From assembly GCA_017650905.1 (NCBI GenBank), contig JAGCDZ010000102.1:9629-73628 (forward strand): DNA of 64,000 bases, read 5' to 3'. The first letter of the stretch is position 1; each line of letters opens with the position of its first letter. The notes under the pieces are model-generated. The model worked only from the letters and a program-made list of their open reading frames with translations, had not been told where the DNA came from and ran no database searches. Shown piece by piece: positions 48,256 to 57,784 of the stretch. The position numbers were made by a program, and so were the translations under genes. Source of the stretch: Prevotella sp. Lineage in GTDB: Bacteria > Bacteroidota > Bacteroidia > Bacteroidales > Bacteroidaceae.

Positions 48256-49392
48256 ATGAGACAGCATAGTTATAATAAAGATTTTAAGTTTGTTAAAGAA
48301 CCGATTGAGTTTAATAAATATACTGAGCGAGATATACTTCAGTATTGCCTTGGTGCTACGCTCTATATGCCTGGCACCAAGGATATTAGGGAGAAAATTG
48401 TGAAACACGAACTCCCTGTAACATCGTTTGTGATGTGTTGTGAGGATGCCATCAAGGAGGAGGATTTGCCCAAGGCAGAGCAGAATATTCTTGATACGAT
48501 GGATTTCTTTGCCGATGAGATTGAGGCAGGTAGACTGACGCACGATGATATCCCCCTGATTTTTGTACGCGTTCGGAATCCGGAGCAATTTAAGAGCTTT
48601 GCGGCTCGTATTACCCAAAAACAGGCTTCTGTCCTGACTGGTTTTAACTTCCCGAAGTTCAACAGCAAGAATGCCCTCGGGGTGCTGCGTACATTGGTGG
48701 AGGTTAACAGTCGACTTGGCGTCATTCTCTATGGTATGCCGATTCTGGAAGGTCCTGAAGTGGCCTTCGTAGAGGCTCGAAATCAGGAACTGTTGTTGCT
48801 ACGTAATATCCTCGAACCCTATAAGGATTTGATCTTGAATATCCGTGTGGGTGGTACAGACATGTCATCATTGTTTGGCGTGCGCCGTGGTATTAATTCA
48901 ACCGTCTTTGATATCATGCCTGTTCGTGATGCCCTTTCTGACATTGTGAATTTCTTCAACCGCTACTGCGACTATTGCATCTCTGCAGCAGTGTGGGAGT
49001 ATTTCCGCGCCTATAATGATGATGATATTGACGAACTTATCAAGCGAAATTTCCACAATGCGCTCGTAAAAGGGCAAGATATCGTGAATCCTGCTATCGA
49101 CGGTCTGTTGAAGGAGGTGATGATCGACCGTGCCAACGGTTTCGTGGGTAAGACCATCATTCATCCTACGCATGCCAAGTTTGTGAACGCTATGTTTACA
49201 GTGGTTGAAGAGGAGTATAATGATGCAGTGCAGATTCTGAATACTTCAGGTGGTGTCATAAAGAGCGAGGGTGGTGGTAAGATGAATGAGATTGGTCCTC
49301 ATCACCGCTGGGCAGAGAAGATTGTGAAACGAGCCGAGGTCTATGGTGTGGTGAAGACGGAAGATGATGTGCTAAATCTTGTTTTGGGATGA
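48256..49392 (+). CDS. HpcH/HpaI aldolase / citrate-lyase-beta-like C-C bond lyase
   Basis: LGATLYMPG, C.EDAI, FVRVR, PKF, MPILE, RVGGTD, GKT.IHP.H, MNE..PH..WA. Confidence 0.8.
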   Translation: MRQHSYNKDFKFVKEPIEFNKYTERDILQYCLGATLYMPGTKDIREKIVKHELPVTSFVMCCEDAIKEEDLPKAEQNILDTMDFFADEIEAGRLTHDDIPLIFVRVRNPEQFKSFAARITQKQASVLTGFNFPKFNSKNALGVLRTLVEVNSRLGVILYGMPILEGPEVAFVEARNQELLLLRNILEPYKDLILNIRVGGTDMSSLFGVRRGINSTVFDIMPVRDALSDIVNFFNRYCDYCISAAVWEYFRAYNDDDIDELIKRNFHNALVKGQDIVNPAIDGLLKEVMIDRANGFVGKTIIHPTHAKFVNAMFTVVEEEYNDAVQILNTSGGVIKSEGGGKMNEIGPHHRWAEKIVKRAEVYGVVKTEDDVLNLVLG

Positions 49393-50330
49393 AAATAGTA
49401 CTTGGTACGATGAATTTTGGGCCTCAGCTGGACGAGGCTGCGAGTCGGGAGATGGTGACGGCCTTCCTGACGACTGGAAATCGTGAACTGGATACAGCTT
49501 ACGTCTATAACGGTGGTTCCACGGAGACCATTCTTGGAGCAATCCTTCCCTCACTGCCTGAGAGTAGTTTTGAGATTGCCACGAAGGTACATCCACGTAT
49601 TACGGGAAGACTTGATCGTGAGACCATTATGATGGAGTTGGGTGAGTCACTCCAGCGTATGAAGCGCGATAGGGTTGATCTGCTGTATTTCCATTTTCCT
49701 GATGGAAAGACACCTGTTGAAGAAGCTTTGGAAACAGTGGCAGAACTACATCAGAAAGGCGTCATAAGGGAACTTGGATTAAGCAACTACCCCGCATGGC
49801 AGGTTGTCGATATAGCTTATAAATGTGATACGATCGGATGCCCCCGCCCAACCGTTTACCAAGGTATGTATAATGCCTTGTGTCGCAATGTGGAGCCTGA
49901 GTTGTTTCCTGCCATCCGCTCTTTGGGTATGCGTTTTTATGCGTTCAATCCTTTGGCAGGTGGCATGCTCACTGGCAAGCATCTCCATTTTGAGGATACG
50001 CCGGAGCCAGGTCGTTTTGCTCGCCTGGAGAGTTATCGCAAACGTTATTGGAAACAGAGCTATTTTGACGCTGTGGATGAAATCCGCAAAGCATGCGAGG
50101 CAGAAAACATCCCCATGGCTGAGGCTGGCTATCGATGGCTGTGCTACCATAGCATGATGGATGCTGCTAAAGATGACGGCATCCTTCTTGGCGCCTCCCG
50201 TCAGGAGCAGATGACGCAGAATATGGCTGCAACCACAAAAGGTCCGCTTCCACAGTCTGTCCTCGATGCGATGGATGCTGCTTGGGAGATGGCCAGACCC
50301 GATAGCCCTGCCTATTATAAGTTCATATAA
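49389..50330 (+). CDS. Aldo/keto reductase (AKR7-like)
   Basis: LGTMNFG, DTAYVY, IATK, LYFHFPD, GLSNY, YQGMYN, NPLAGG. Confidence 0.9.
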   Translation: MKIVLGTMNFGPQLDEAASREMVTAFLTTGNRELDTAYVYNGGSTETILGAILPSLPESSFEIATKVHPRITGRLDRETIMMELGESLQRMKRDRVDLLYFHFPDGKTPVEEALETVAELHQKGVIRELGLSNYPAWQVVDIAYKCDTIGCPRPTVYQGMYNALCRNVEPELFPAIRSLGMRFYAFNPLAGGMLTGKHLHFEDTPEPGRFARLESYRKRYWKQSYFDAVDEIRKACEAENIPMAEAGYRWLCYHSMMDAAKDDGILLGASRQEQMTQNMAATTKGPLPQSVLDAMDAAWEMARPDSPAYYKFI

Positions 50331-50336
50331 TATAGC

Positions 50337-51677
50337 ATGAATCTTACTGACCGGTTGATGGATCTCGTATTTGGTATAAGATACGAGGATATTACAGATA
50401 ATGCCTTAGAGAAACTAAGGGTGTGTCTGACAGACACTTTGGGTGTTACTTTGGCAGGCGCAGCTGACTTGAAGGTGAAGGAGGAAAGGCTCCTGAACCT
50501 TATTGATGACGGCTCTCAGGTGGTGGCACCTGTCGGTATGTCGCAAAAGACCTCTTTGGCTCATGCCATTCTTGTGAACGGTCTGAGTGCACACTTCTTG
50601 GAACTTGACGATGGCGTGCGCTATGGTGTCATTCATCCCAGTGCCCCGTTGTTCGCTGCCCTGATTCCCATCGCAACAGTAAAGGGTGTTTCCTGGGAGC
50701 AGTTCGTACTCGGTGCCATCTGCGGTTATGAAACTTCCATTCGCCTGGCAAGTGCCATGCAGCCCTCCCATTATTCACGTGGCTATCACCCCACGGCAAC
50801 GTGTTGCACCTTGGGTGTGGCTGTGGGTATAGCAGTGATGCTGGGATATAGTAAAGCTGAAGTGAAGGATGCCTTTAGTGCGGCCAGTATTTCTGCGGCA
50901 GGATCCCTGAAGGTATTAGAGAATGTGTCAGAACTGAAGCCCTATAACTGTGCCAAGGCCTCATTGATGGGCTATTTTGCAGCCATGATGGCTAAGGCTG
51001 GTTTTAAGGGGCCTGAGGATCCGCTTTCGGGTGAGACGGGCTTCTTGAACATGATGTCTGATGCCTGCGACGAGGACAGATTATTAGCCTGGGATGGCGC
51101 GTATGCCATCGAAAAGGTGTATCTGAAACCATACGCCTCCTGTCGTCATACCCATCCTGAGATTGAGGCTGCTTTCGTCATTCGACAGAAAGATGGCTTT
51201 GATGCCAAGGAAATCAATGCGATTCGGGTGAAGACTTATAAGGGAGTGATCGGCAAGCACGACTTCAATACGGTCTATGGTGAGTCGTCGGCAAGGATGA
51301 GCATCCCCTACAGTCTGGCTGTGGCATTGGTGACTGGTAAGGCTGGTATTGCGGAATTTACAGAAGAGTATATCAAGGATCCTCTGATACAGCGATTAAC
51401 AAAGTTGGCTGTTATCGAGGGTGATGAGGAACTGTCAAGGCTCGTGCCCGACAAGCGTGTAGCCATTGTGACTGTGGAACAGACCGATGGCAAATCTTTT
51501 GTGAACAGAGTGGAATACCCCAAGGGAGAGCCGGAGAATCCTTTGAGTGAGGACGAACTGTTGGCAAAGTTCCTTTCTATGACAGAACATGCCGGCATGA
51601 ATAGGGAACAGGCCCTACAGTTGTTCCAGACGGTGATGAATGAGAATATAGATTTCAGAAAACTGAGATATGATTAA
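50337..51677 (+). CDS. MmgE/PrpD family protein (copy A)
   Basis: D.LG..LAG, NG..AH.LELDD, HP, GYE, GYH, KPYASCRHTH, SIPY..A.AL, PKGEPENP. Confidence 0.9.
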   Translation: MNLTDRLMDLVFGIRYEDITDNALEKLRVCLTDTLGVTLAGAADLKVKEERLLNLIDDGSQVVAPVGMSQKTSLAHAILVNGLSAHFLELDDGVRYGVIHPSAPLFAALIPIATVKGVSWEQFVLGAICGYETSIRLASAMQPSHYSRGYHPTATCCTLGVAVGIAVMLGYSKAEVKDAFSAASISAAGSLKVLENVSELKPYNCAKASLMGYFAAMMAKAGFKGPEDPLSGETGFLNMMSDACDEDRLLAWDGAYAIEKVYLKPYASCRHTHPEIEAAFVIRQKDGFDAKEINAIRVKTYKGVIGKHDFNTVYGESSARMSIPYSLAVALVTGKAGIAEFTEEYIKDPLIQRLTKLAVIEGDEELSRLVPDKRVAIVTVEQTDGKSFVNRVEYPKGEPENPLSEDELLAKFLSMTEHAGMNREQALQLFQTVMNENIDFRKLRYD

Positions 51678-52818
51678 TCAAGAACAGTATTTCAAATGGT
51701 TTCGTCTCTTATTGCGCTATGCTTTATGGGGAAATGAAGTGGATGACATGCCTCAGCAATTGTCGCATGATCAATATCAGGCCTTGAAGGCATTGTCAGA
51801 GGAGCAGACGGCAAAAGGCCATATCTCTCAGGCATTAGTAGATAAAAAAGTAAAGTTAGGTATAGAGGATATTGCAGATGTCCTTTCGTCTATTCAGGAA
51901 ATCAGGCAATTAAACCAGAAACTGAACCCTGCGGTCATCAATCTTTGCCGGATGATGGAGAAACAGGGGGTACGTATCCTCATCTTGAAAGGCCAGACTT
52001 ACGCTCCCTTCTATCCTGACGCTTCCCTACGGCAATGTGGGGATATCGATTTTGTCTGCCATCCTGATGACATCGAAAAGGCGGTCTCTTTTCTGAAATA
52101 TGATCTTGGCTTGCCCCTTTCCGGTAAAAGTTCCAACAAGCATGCAAGTTTTAGAATGGATGGGATCAAATATGAGATTCACCGGAAGATTACAAACTTT
52201 GCATACCTCCCCAGTCATTATTACTGCGAAAAGGTTTTTATGCAGGAGGTATGGAACCATCCTTATACAATCGATGTAGATGGTTATGCTGTGCCCGTCA
52301 TGGCTCCAACCTATAATGCGGTCTATGTTTTTGAACATATTTTCTTACATCTTATATCTGATGGCATAGGACTTCGTCAGTTTTGTGACTGGGCGATGTT
52401 GCTCCGTTATTATCGGGATGAAATCGATCGCTCACTGCTCATTAAACACCTAAAAGGTGTCAGGCTTTATAAGGCTTATCGTAGAATGGGTTCCGTATTG
52501 GTTGACTACTTAGGATTGCCTGAAGAGGAATTCCCGCTGACTATTCAGGAAGACGACCGACGCTTTTCAGACAAAATATTGAACAATATATTCCATCGTG
52601 GTAACTTTGGACATAATCTGAAATACAGTCGTCGTCGTGGTCCTATACATGCGATGGAACATTTAAAAAGAGTCTATAATCAAGTCTTGTTATATTACAG
52701 ATGTGCCCCGACAGAGGTGTTATGGAGGATTCCACACATGTTCATTTGGTGGATAAAACGTATTGTCAGGGCGATCATCCCTTGCAAGTCGATACAGTCG
52801 GTATTCAAAAGAGTATAA
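51670..52818 (+). CDS. Nucleotidyltransferase family protein (NTP_transf_5-like)
   Basis: LKG....FYP...R..GDIDF, EIH, H...H..GIGLRQFCDW. Confidence 0.8.
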   Translation: MINQEQYFKWFRLLLRYALWGNEVDDMPQQLSHDQYQALKALSEEQTAKGHISQALVDKKVKLGIEDIADVLSSIQEIRQLNQKLNPAVINLCRMMEKQGVRILILKGQTYAPFYPDASLRQCGDIDFVCHPDDIEKAVSFLKYDLGLPLSGKSSNKHASFRMDGIKYEIHRKITNFAYLPSHYYCEKVFMQEVWNHPYTIDVDGYAVPVMAPTYNAVYVFEHIFLHLISDGIGLRQFCDWAMLLRYYRDEIDRSLLIKHLKGVRLYKAYRRMGSVLVDYLGLPEEEFPLTIQEDDRRFSDKILNNIFHRGNFGHNLKYSRRRGPIHAMEHLKRVYNQVLLYYRCAPTEVLWRIPHMFIWWIKRIVRAIIPCKSIQSVFKRV

Positions 52819-52821
52819 CGG

Positions 52822-54132
52822 ATGAGACGTTTTCTGGTTTCCTTAAGTGGCCTTATCTTGGCTACACTGCTGAGTTGTGGTCAGAATTATAAGAATAACA
52901 GCAAGGCATCCGTACTGAAAGAAGAAATCAGTTTAGGCGCTTGGAATGCTGTCAGGAAGGCGCATCAGATGACTGATTTACCCATCTGTGCGCATGCAAC
53001 ATTGTGTGTTAACAAATACAAGACATATTCTCCAGGGAAGGAAGATAAGGGCTTGATTTATTCCTCTACGAGAGAAATCAACACGTCTGTAGGTCAGGAT
53101 GTCAGTTTCCATACCTTTATGACGGCGCTGCATAATCCCAAAAGCTTATTATACTCGGAAAAGATCAATCAGTCCCCCTATCATGGCACGAATTGCCGTG
53201 CATATTATGGCACGGTATGTAGTGGATTGGTCACTTATGCCTTAGGTCTCAAAATTACACTGCGTACGGCAGATATCCCTTCTGCCGATTATTTTGAATT
53301 GGTGAAAGACCAGAGTGCGAATGGTGTACAGGTTGCGGATGTGCTTTGGAACAAAGGACATGTCATGTTAGTGACCGCTGTCGAAAGAAAATCTGATGGT
53401 CGGATTGGGAAAATTGAATATTGTGAGTCGGTAGAAACTGGTGCCAGACGGCGCGTGTTGGATGATGGAGCCGCATTCAACAAGTTTCTGGTACGTCGTA
53501 AACTGAAGATATATCGCTATAAGGAATTATATAAGAATGTGGATTATACACCGGTTAACGAGTTTGTGGCTGTTGATGGAGAGCGTAAGATTCCATTCAA
53601 ATATAATGATGACATTTGCACAAACAAGGGCGATAAAGCCTGTTATATTACGGGTGAGAAGGTCGTGCTTAATGTGTTTGGCTCTTATCGGAAAGTGGAA
53701 ATCTATAAGGATTCCACATTGTATAAGATGGTTGATGTCGACAAGAATAACGATGTCATATTGTCTGATCTCCCCTATGGCGACTACCAGGCAAGGGCTG
53801 TCGATGGCAGTTCAAGAAGTGACTATACCAGATGGAAGGTCATTGATGTGAACGTCATGGTCGACAGGGATAAGAACAGAATTTATTTCAGTTCTGCCAA
53901 TGCGACACCAGTCTATTATGAATTCTCAGATATAGCAGGAAACAGACCTGTTAATAAGGTGGTCCATATTTATGCCGCTGAATTTACGGAGGAACAGTTG
54001 AAGAACGGCTATGCGACGGTGGTGGCTCCTAGCAAACCTACCGGTAAAAAGACGGGCAATCCTTACGTAAAAGTGCATTTTGAGTGTGATTATGGCATGG
54101 TCATTAACAAACCGTTAAATTGGTTCAAATAA
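52822..54132 (+). CDS. Lipoprotein with possible NlpC/P60-like Cys-His catalytic domain
   Basis: Lipobox LLSC; GTVCSGLV..A, ADVLW..GHV, YCES. Confidence 0.5.
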   Translation: MRRFLVSLSGLILATLLSCGQNYKNNSKASVLKEEISLGAWNAVRKAHQMTDLPICAHATLCVNKYKTYSPGKEDKGLIYSSTREINTSVGQDVSFHTFMTALHNPKSLLYSEKINQSPYHGTNCRAYYGTVCSGLVTYALGLKITLRTADIPSADYFELVKDQSANGVQVADVLWNKGHVMLVTAVERKSDGRIGKIEYCESVETGARRRVLDDGAAFNKFLVRRKLKIYRYKELYKNVDYTPVNEFVAVDGERKIPFKYNDDICTNKGDKACYITGEKVVLNVFGSYRKVEIYKDSTLYKMVDVDKNNDVILSDLPYGDYQARAVDGSSRSDYTRWKVIDVNVMVDRDKNRIYFSSANATPVYYEFSDIAGNRPVNKVVHIYAAEFTEEQLKNGYATVVAPSKPTGKKTGNPYVKVHFECDYGMVINKPLNWFK

Positions 54133-54134
54133 AG

Positions 54135-54641
54135 ATGAAGAACTTAACAACGCCTCTAAGTGAGGAGGCTATCAGCCAACTGAACGTTGGAGATGTAGTA
54201 AGCATATCCGGCTACATCTATTGTGGACGAGATGCGGTACTGCCGAAGATTGTAAAGCATGCCGAAGAAGGAACTTTGGCAGATGTGAATGTTGACTTGC
54301 AGGGTAGCGTCATCTTTCATACGGCCGTGAGTCCTGCAGGTGTGGGACCGACCTCGAGCAACAAATTAGAGATAGAAAGCAGTTTTGAACCCTTGTCAAG
54401 GCATGGGGTGAAGATGCACTTGGGAAAAGGTGCCATCAAGCCTGAGACCGTCAAGGCGTTAGCAGAACAGAATGCGGTGTTTGCGATTATTCCGCCTGTA
54501 ACGGCTCTTTTGGAGAGCCAGACTTCAGAGCGTGAGGTAATCTGCTATCCGGAATTGGGTATGGAAGCATTCCATCGCATCAAGGTTAATAACTATCAGG
54601 CTATAATAGCCGCAGCAAAAGGAGAATCTATTTATGGATAA
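54135..54641 (+). CDS. Fe-S hydro-lyase (class I fumarase/tartrate dehydratase type), beta subunit
   Basis: TPL......L.VGD.V.ISG...GRDA, GPTSS, GKG, LGMEA. Confidence 0.88.
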   Translation: MKNLTTPLSEEAISQLNVGDVVSISGYIYCGRDAVLPKIVKHAEEGTLADVNVDLQGSVIFHTAVSPAGVGPTSSNKLEIESSFEPLSRHGVKMHLGKGAIKPETVKALAEQNAVFAIIPPVTALLESQTSEREVICYPELGMEAFHRIKVNNYQAIIAAAKGESIYG

Positions 54642-55479
54642 TATTATAGACAAAGTGGCGCAGTGCCTGGTGACGGCAGGTTCTACGTTCCGCGAAGACC
54701 AGAAAGAGGCTTATCGCAAGGCAATTGCGCAGGAGCCGGGAACCAGCAGTTGTTGGGTGATGCAGCAGGTGTTGGAGAATGCTTTGGTAGCAGAACATCA
54801 TCGAGGTCCATTGTGTGACGATACGGGTATTCCTCATCTTTTTCTGGAGGTGGGACCCAATTGTCAGGTCTCTGGCGACCTGATACGGCAGATTCATGAG
54901 GGCGTTGAGAAGGGGCTGCGTGAACTCCCTGGCCGTCCCATGGCGATTATGGGTGATGACATGCATCGCATCGATCAGTCAGGTGGCTTGAACCCTGATT
55001 CAGGAGCCTTGGCTCCATCGCCAATGATTATCAAACCTGTCGATGAGGATATACGCCGTCTGACTATCTTGATGTTGGGAGGTGGCCCTGCTATCCGTGG
55101 TATTACCCAGCGTGTGTTCCATAAACATAGTGTGGAGGTGGTCATCAATGAGATTGTTAGTCGTGCCATCCCTGCCGTCAGTCAGTTAGGATGCTCGCCC
55201 TGTACATTGGCCATTGGTATTGGTCGTAGCCAGTTCGAGGCTACCAGTCTGATGATGGAAGCGATGGCAAAGGGTAATTATAACGAGCAATCAGATTTCG
55301 AGCAGACCATAACTGCCAGAGTCAACGAGTCAAATACGGGTGCATTGGGACTTGGAGGCAGAACTTCTGTCCTTGCCACCTTTGCCAAGATAGGTCCTCA
55401 GCGGGCCAGTGGTGTTCGCATTGTGGCCCTTCGTCCGTGCTGTTGTTTCGAGCCGCGTAGGGCAAGTGTTTTATTGTAG
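54634..55479 (+). CDS. Fe-S hydro-lyase (class I fumarase/tartrate dehydratase type), alpha subunit
   Basis: PLCDDTG, GGG, GCSPC...IGIG, G.LGLGG, C-terminal CCC..R. Confidence 0.88.
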   Translation: MDNIIDKVAQCLVTAGSTFREDQKEAYRKAIAQEPGTSSCWVMQQVLENALVAEHHRGPLCDDTGIPHLFLEVGPNCQVSGDLIRQIHEGVEKGLRELPGRPMAIMGDDMHRIDQSGGLNPDSGALAPSPMIIKPVDEDIRRLTILMLGGGPAIRGITQRVFHKHSVEVVINEIVSRAIPAVSQLGCSPCTLAIGIGRSQFEATSLMMEAMAKGNYNEQSDFEQTITARVNESNTGALGLGGRTSVLATFAKIGPQRASGVRIVALRPCCCFEPRRASVLL

Positions 55480-55493
55480 TATCAATAAGAAAT

Positions 55494-56654
55494 ATGGATT
55501 TTTCAAAGATAAGAGTGTTAGTAACTGATGGTGATGGCAAACAGCCATTGGCTACGGTAAGAGGTCTGAAGGAACTGGGTTGTCATGTCACAGTGCTTTG
55601 TGGTTCCAAGGAGGATACACTGTACTATTCAAATAAACCTGATGAGAAAATATTGAATAGTGTCATGCATAACAAAGACGCAGCAACTTTGGAGTTTTTG
55701 TTATCATTGGTCTCTTCAGGTCATTATGATGTCCTGATGCCAGTTGCAGAGGCGTTTACTGATTTTGTCACTAAGAATGAAGACGCATTGAAGAAATATG
55801 TGAAATTGGCATGTGCGCCCAGAGAGGTCTACATTAAGGCGTCTAATAAGCAGATTACTTTTGATGAAGCAATGAGATTAGGAGTACCTTGTCCTCATAC
55901 ACGGCGAAGTGACCAGGATATAGATGATTTCCTGAAAAAAGCAAAGTTCCCGATCATCATTAAACCTCGTACAGGCTCTGGTTCGATAGGATTCCATAAG
56001 TTTAATTCTGAGGCAGAATTCAGAGAAAGACTGGCGGACCAGTCTTTTGAACTCGACAGTTACGTTGTTCAGGAGTTTGTGGAATTTGAACATCGGATAG
56101 GCACACTTTTGTTTATCGACAAAAAAGGTAATGTATGTACTTCCTATGCAACCGATGTCCTTCGTTGGTTCCCATTAGATGCAGGAAATGCACTGCTGAT
56201 TAAAACGACAGATGCGCCGGAATTGATTCAGTGTATGGGAGATCTGCTTAAAGCGTTAGGATGGCAAGGATTTGCAGCTGCTTGTTTCATGATAGAGAAG
56301 AAAACGGGTCAGCCTAAACTGTTAGAGATTAATGGACGTATTCCTTCAAGTGTAAAACTGGGCTACATGTGTGGTTTCAATATCGCAAGACAGATGTTGG
56401 AGATGGTATACGACGAGGAGGTGACACGTTATCCTGCGAATACACAGTTCGATAAGTACCTGCGCCATTTTGATACTGATATCGCCTGGTTTATCCATTC
56501 CCCGAATCGCTTTAAGACAAAGCCGTCGTGGTTTAGCTGGAAGAATACCCAGGAGGTATTGTTCAGTAAGGATGACATGAAACCGTTTCTGGTGACGTTA
56601 TACAAGAAAATATTTAGCTATAACGCTCGGATGAAGAAGAAGAACCACCAATAG
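55494..56654 (+). CDS. ATP-grasp carboxylate-amine ligase (A)
   Basis: FPIIIKPR.GSGS.G, VQEF, LEINGR. Confidence 0.85.
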   Translation: MDFSKIRVLVTDGDGKQPLATVRGLKELGCHVTVLCGSKEDTLYYSNKPDEKILNSVMHNKDAATLEFLLSLVSSGHYDVLMPVAEAFTDFVTKNEDALKKYVKLACAPREVYIKASNKQITFDEAMRLGVPCPHTRRSDQDIDDFLKKAKFPIIIKPRTGSGSIGFHKFNSEAEFRERLADQSFELDSYVVQEFVEFEHRIGTLLFIDKKGNVCTSYATDVLRWFPLDAGNALLIKTTDAPELIQCMGDLLKALGWQGFAAACFMIEKKTGQPKLLEINGRIPSSVKLGYMCGFNIARQMLEMVYDEEVTRYPANTQFDKYLRHFDTDIAWFIHSPNRFKTKPSWFSWKNTQEVLFSKDDMKPFLVTLYKKIFSYNARMKKKNHQ

Positions 56655-56693
56655 TCTTACATATAAGCAGGACATCAAAATTGGCCGTTACTA

Positions 56694-57776
56694 ATGGAGA
56701 CATACTCAAGAATATATGATTTGTTTACCTGGATTCATATCAATTCTCGAAAGGGATTGAAATGTATTGGGTTCGCATTTTCGATTGTTCTTAAAGTATT
56801 GATGCCGAAGAAATATCTTGAGATTGTCCGGCTTTTTAACGATTATGTCGCAGCGGCAAATCTGCCGTACGACGGCTCTTTATATAAGTATGAATATATT
56901 GCCTGTATCTTTATATATGGCTCTTTTGTAAAAGAGTTTTTCATGTATGATTTTATCCATTTGAATGATAGTGGAAGAAGGGAATATATTACAGAGATTA
57001 ATCGCTACAGACTGTATCCTAAATTCAATGGCTCAAAGAAACGTATAGAAATGCAAAGCAAATACAAGGCTTATAAAGCGTTTCGCCCCTATTATCAGAG
57101 AGAGGCCATGTATATAGGTCAGGATACGGATTACAATGATTTGGCATCTTTCTTCGCTTCAAGAGAGACTGCCGTCCTTAAGCCTGATATGGCTGGTTGT
57201 GGAAAAGGGGTAGAAATGATTTGTCTTGCAGATTTTGCCAATCGGAATGAAATGTACGACTATATTCTTTCCCATCGTCATTCTATTTTAGAAGAACAGA
57301 TTATTCAGACAGGCTTCATGAATCAGATTCATCCTCAGTCAGTTAATACTGTCAGGGTATATGCCTGTCGTCTGAAGGACGGCATCCGCATTTTTGGCTC
57401 CCATATGCGGGTAGGCTTAGGCGATTCGATTGTCGACAATGCTGCGGCAGGTGGAATTATTATTTCCGTCAACAACGATGGCGTGGTCTGGACCAGTGGA
57501 GTGGATGAGTTCGGAAATATCTATATTGAACATCCAGACACGCATGTGTTCATCCCGGGAAGGAAGATGCCGGAATGGGAAAAAGCGCTACAGTTGATCA
57601 ATGAACTGATGGCCGTTTATCCTGATATTCGGTATGTCGGTTGGGATCTTGCCTATACGGAGAAAGGTTGGATTGTCGTCGAGGCGAATGATAATGGCCA
57701 GTTCCATGGTGCACAAATCCCTTATCACAAAGGTTGGAAGAAAGAGATGCTGTGCTATGCTCAGGCTCTGGGTTGA
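56694..57776 (+). CDS. Sugar-transfer-associated ATP-grasp protein
   Basis: LKP..G..GKGV, EE.I.Q, SVNTVR, DN..AGG, HPDT, GWD, VEAN. Confidence 0.82.
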   Translation: METYSRIYDLFTWIHINSRKGLKCIGFAFSIVLKVLMPKKYLEIVRLFNDYVAAANLPYDGSLYKYEYIACIFIYGSFVKEFFMYDFIHLNDSGRREYITEINRYRLYPKFNGSKKRIEMQSKYKAYKAFRPYYQREAMYIGQDTDYNDLASFFASRETAVLKPDMAGCGKGVEMICLADFANRNEMYDYILSHRHSILEEQIIQTGFMNQIHPQSVNTVRVYACRLKDGIRIFGSHMRVGLGDSIVDNAAAGGIIISVNNDGVVWTSGVDEFGNIYIEHPDTHVFIPGRKMPEWEKALQLINELMAVYPDIRYVGWDLAYTEKGWIVVEANDNGQFHGAQIPYHKGWKKEMLCYAQALG

Positions 57777-57784
57777 TTGTTGAT

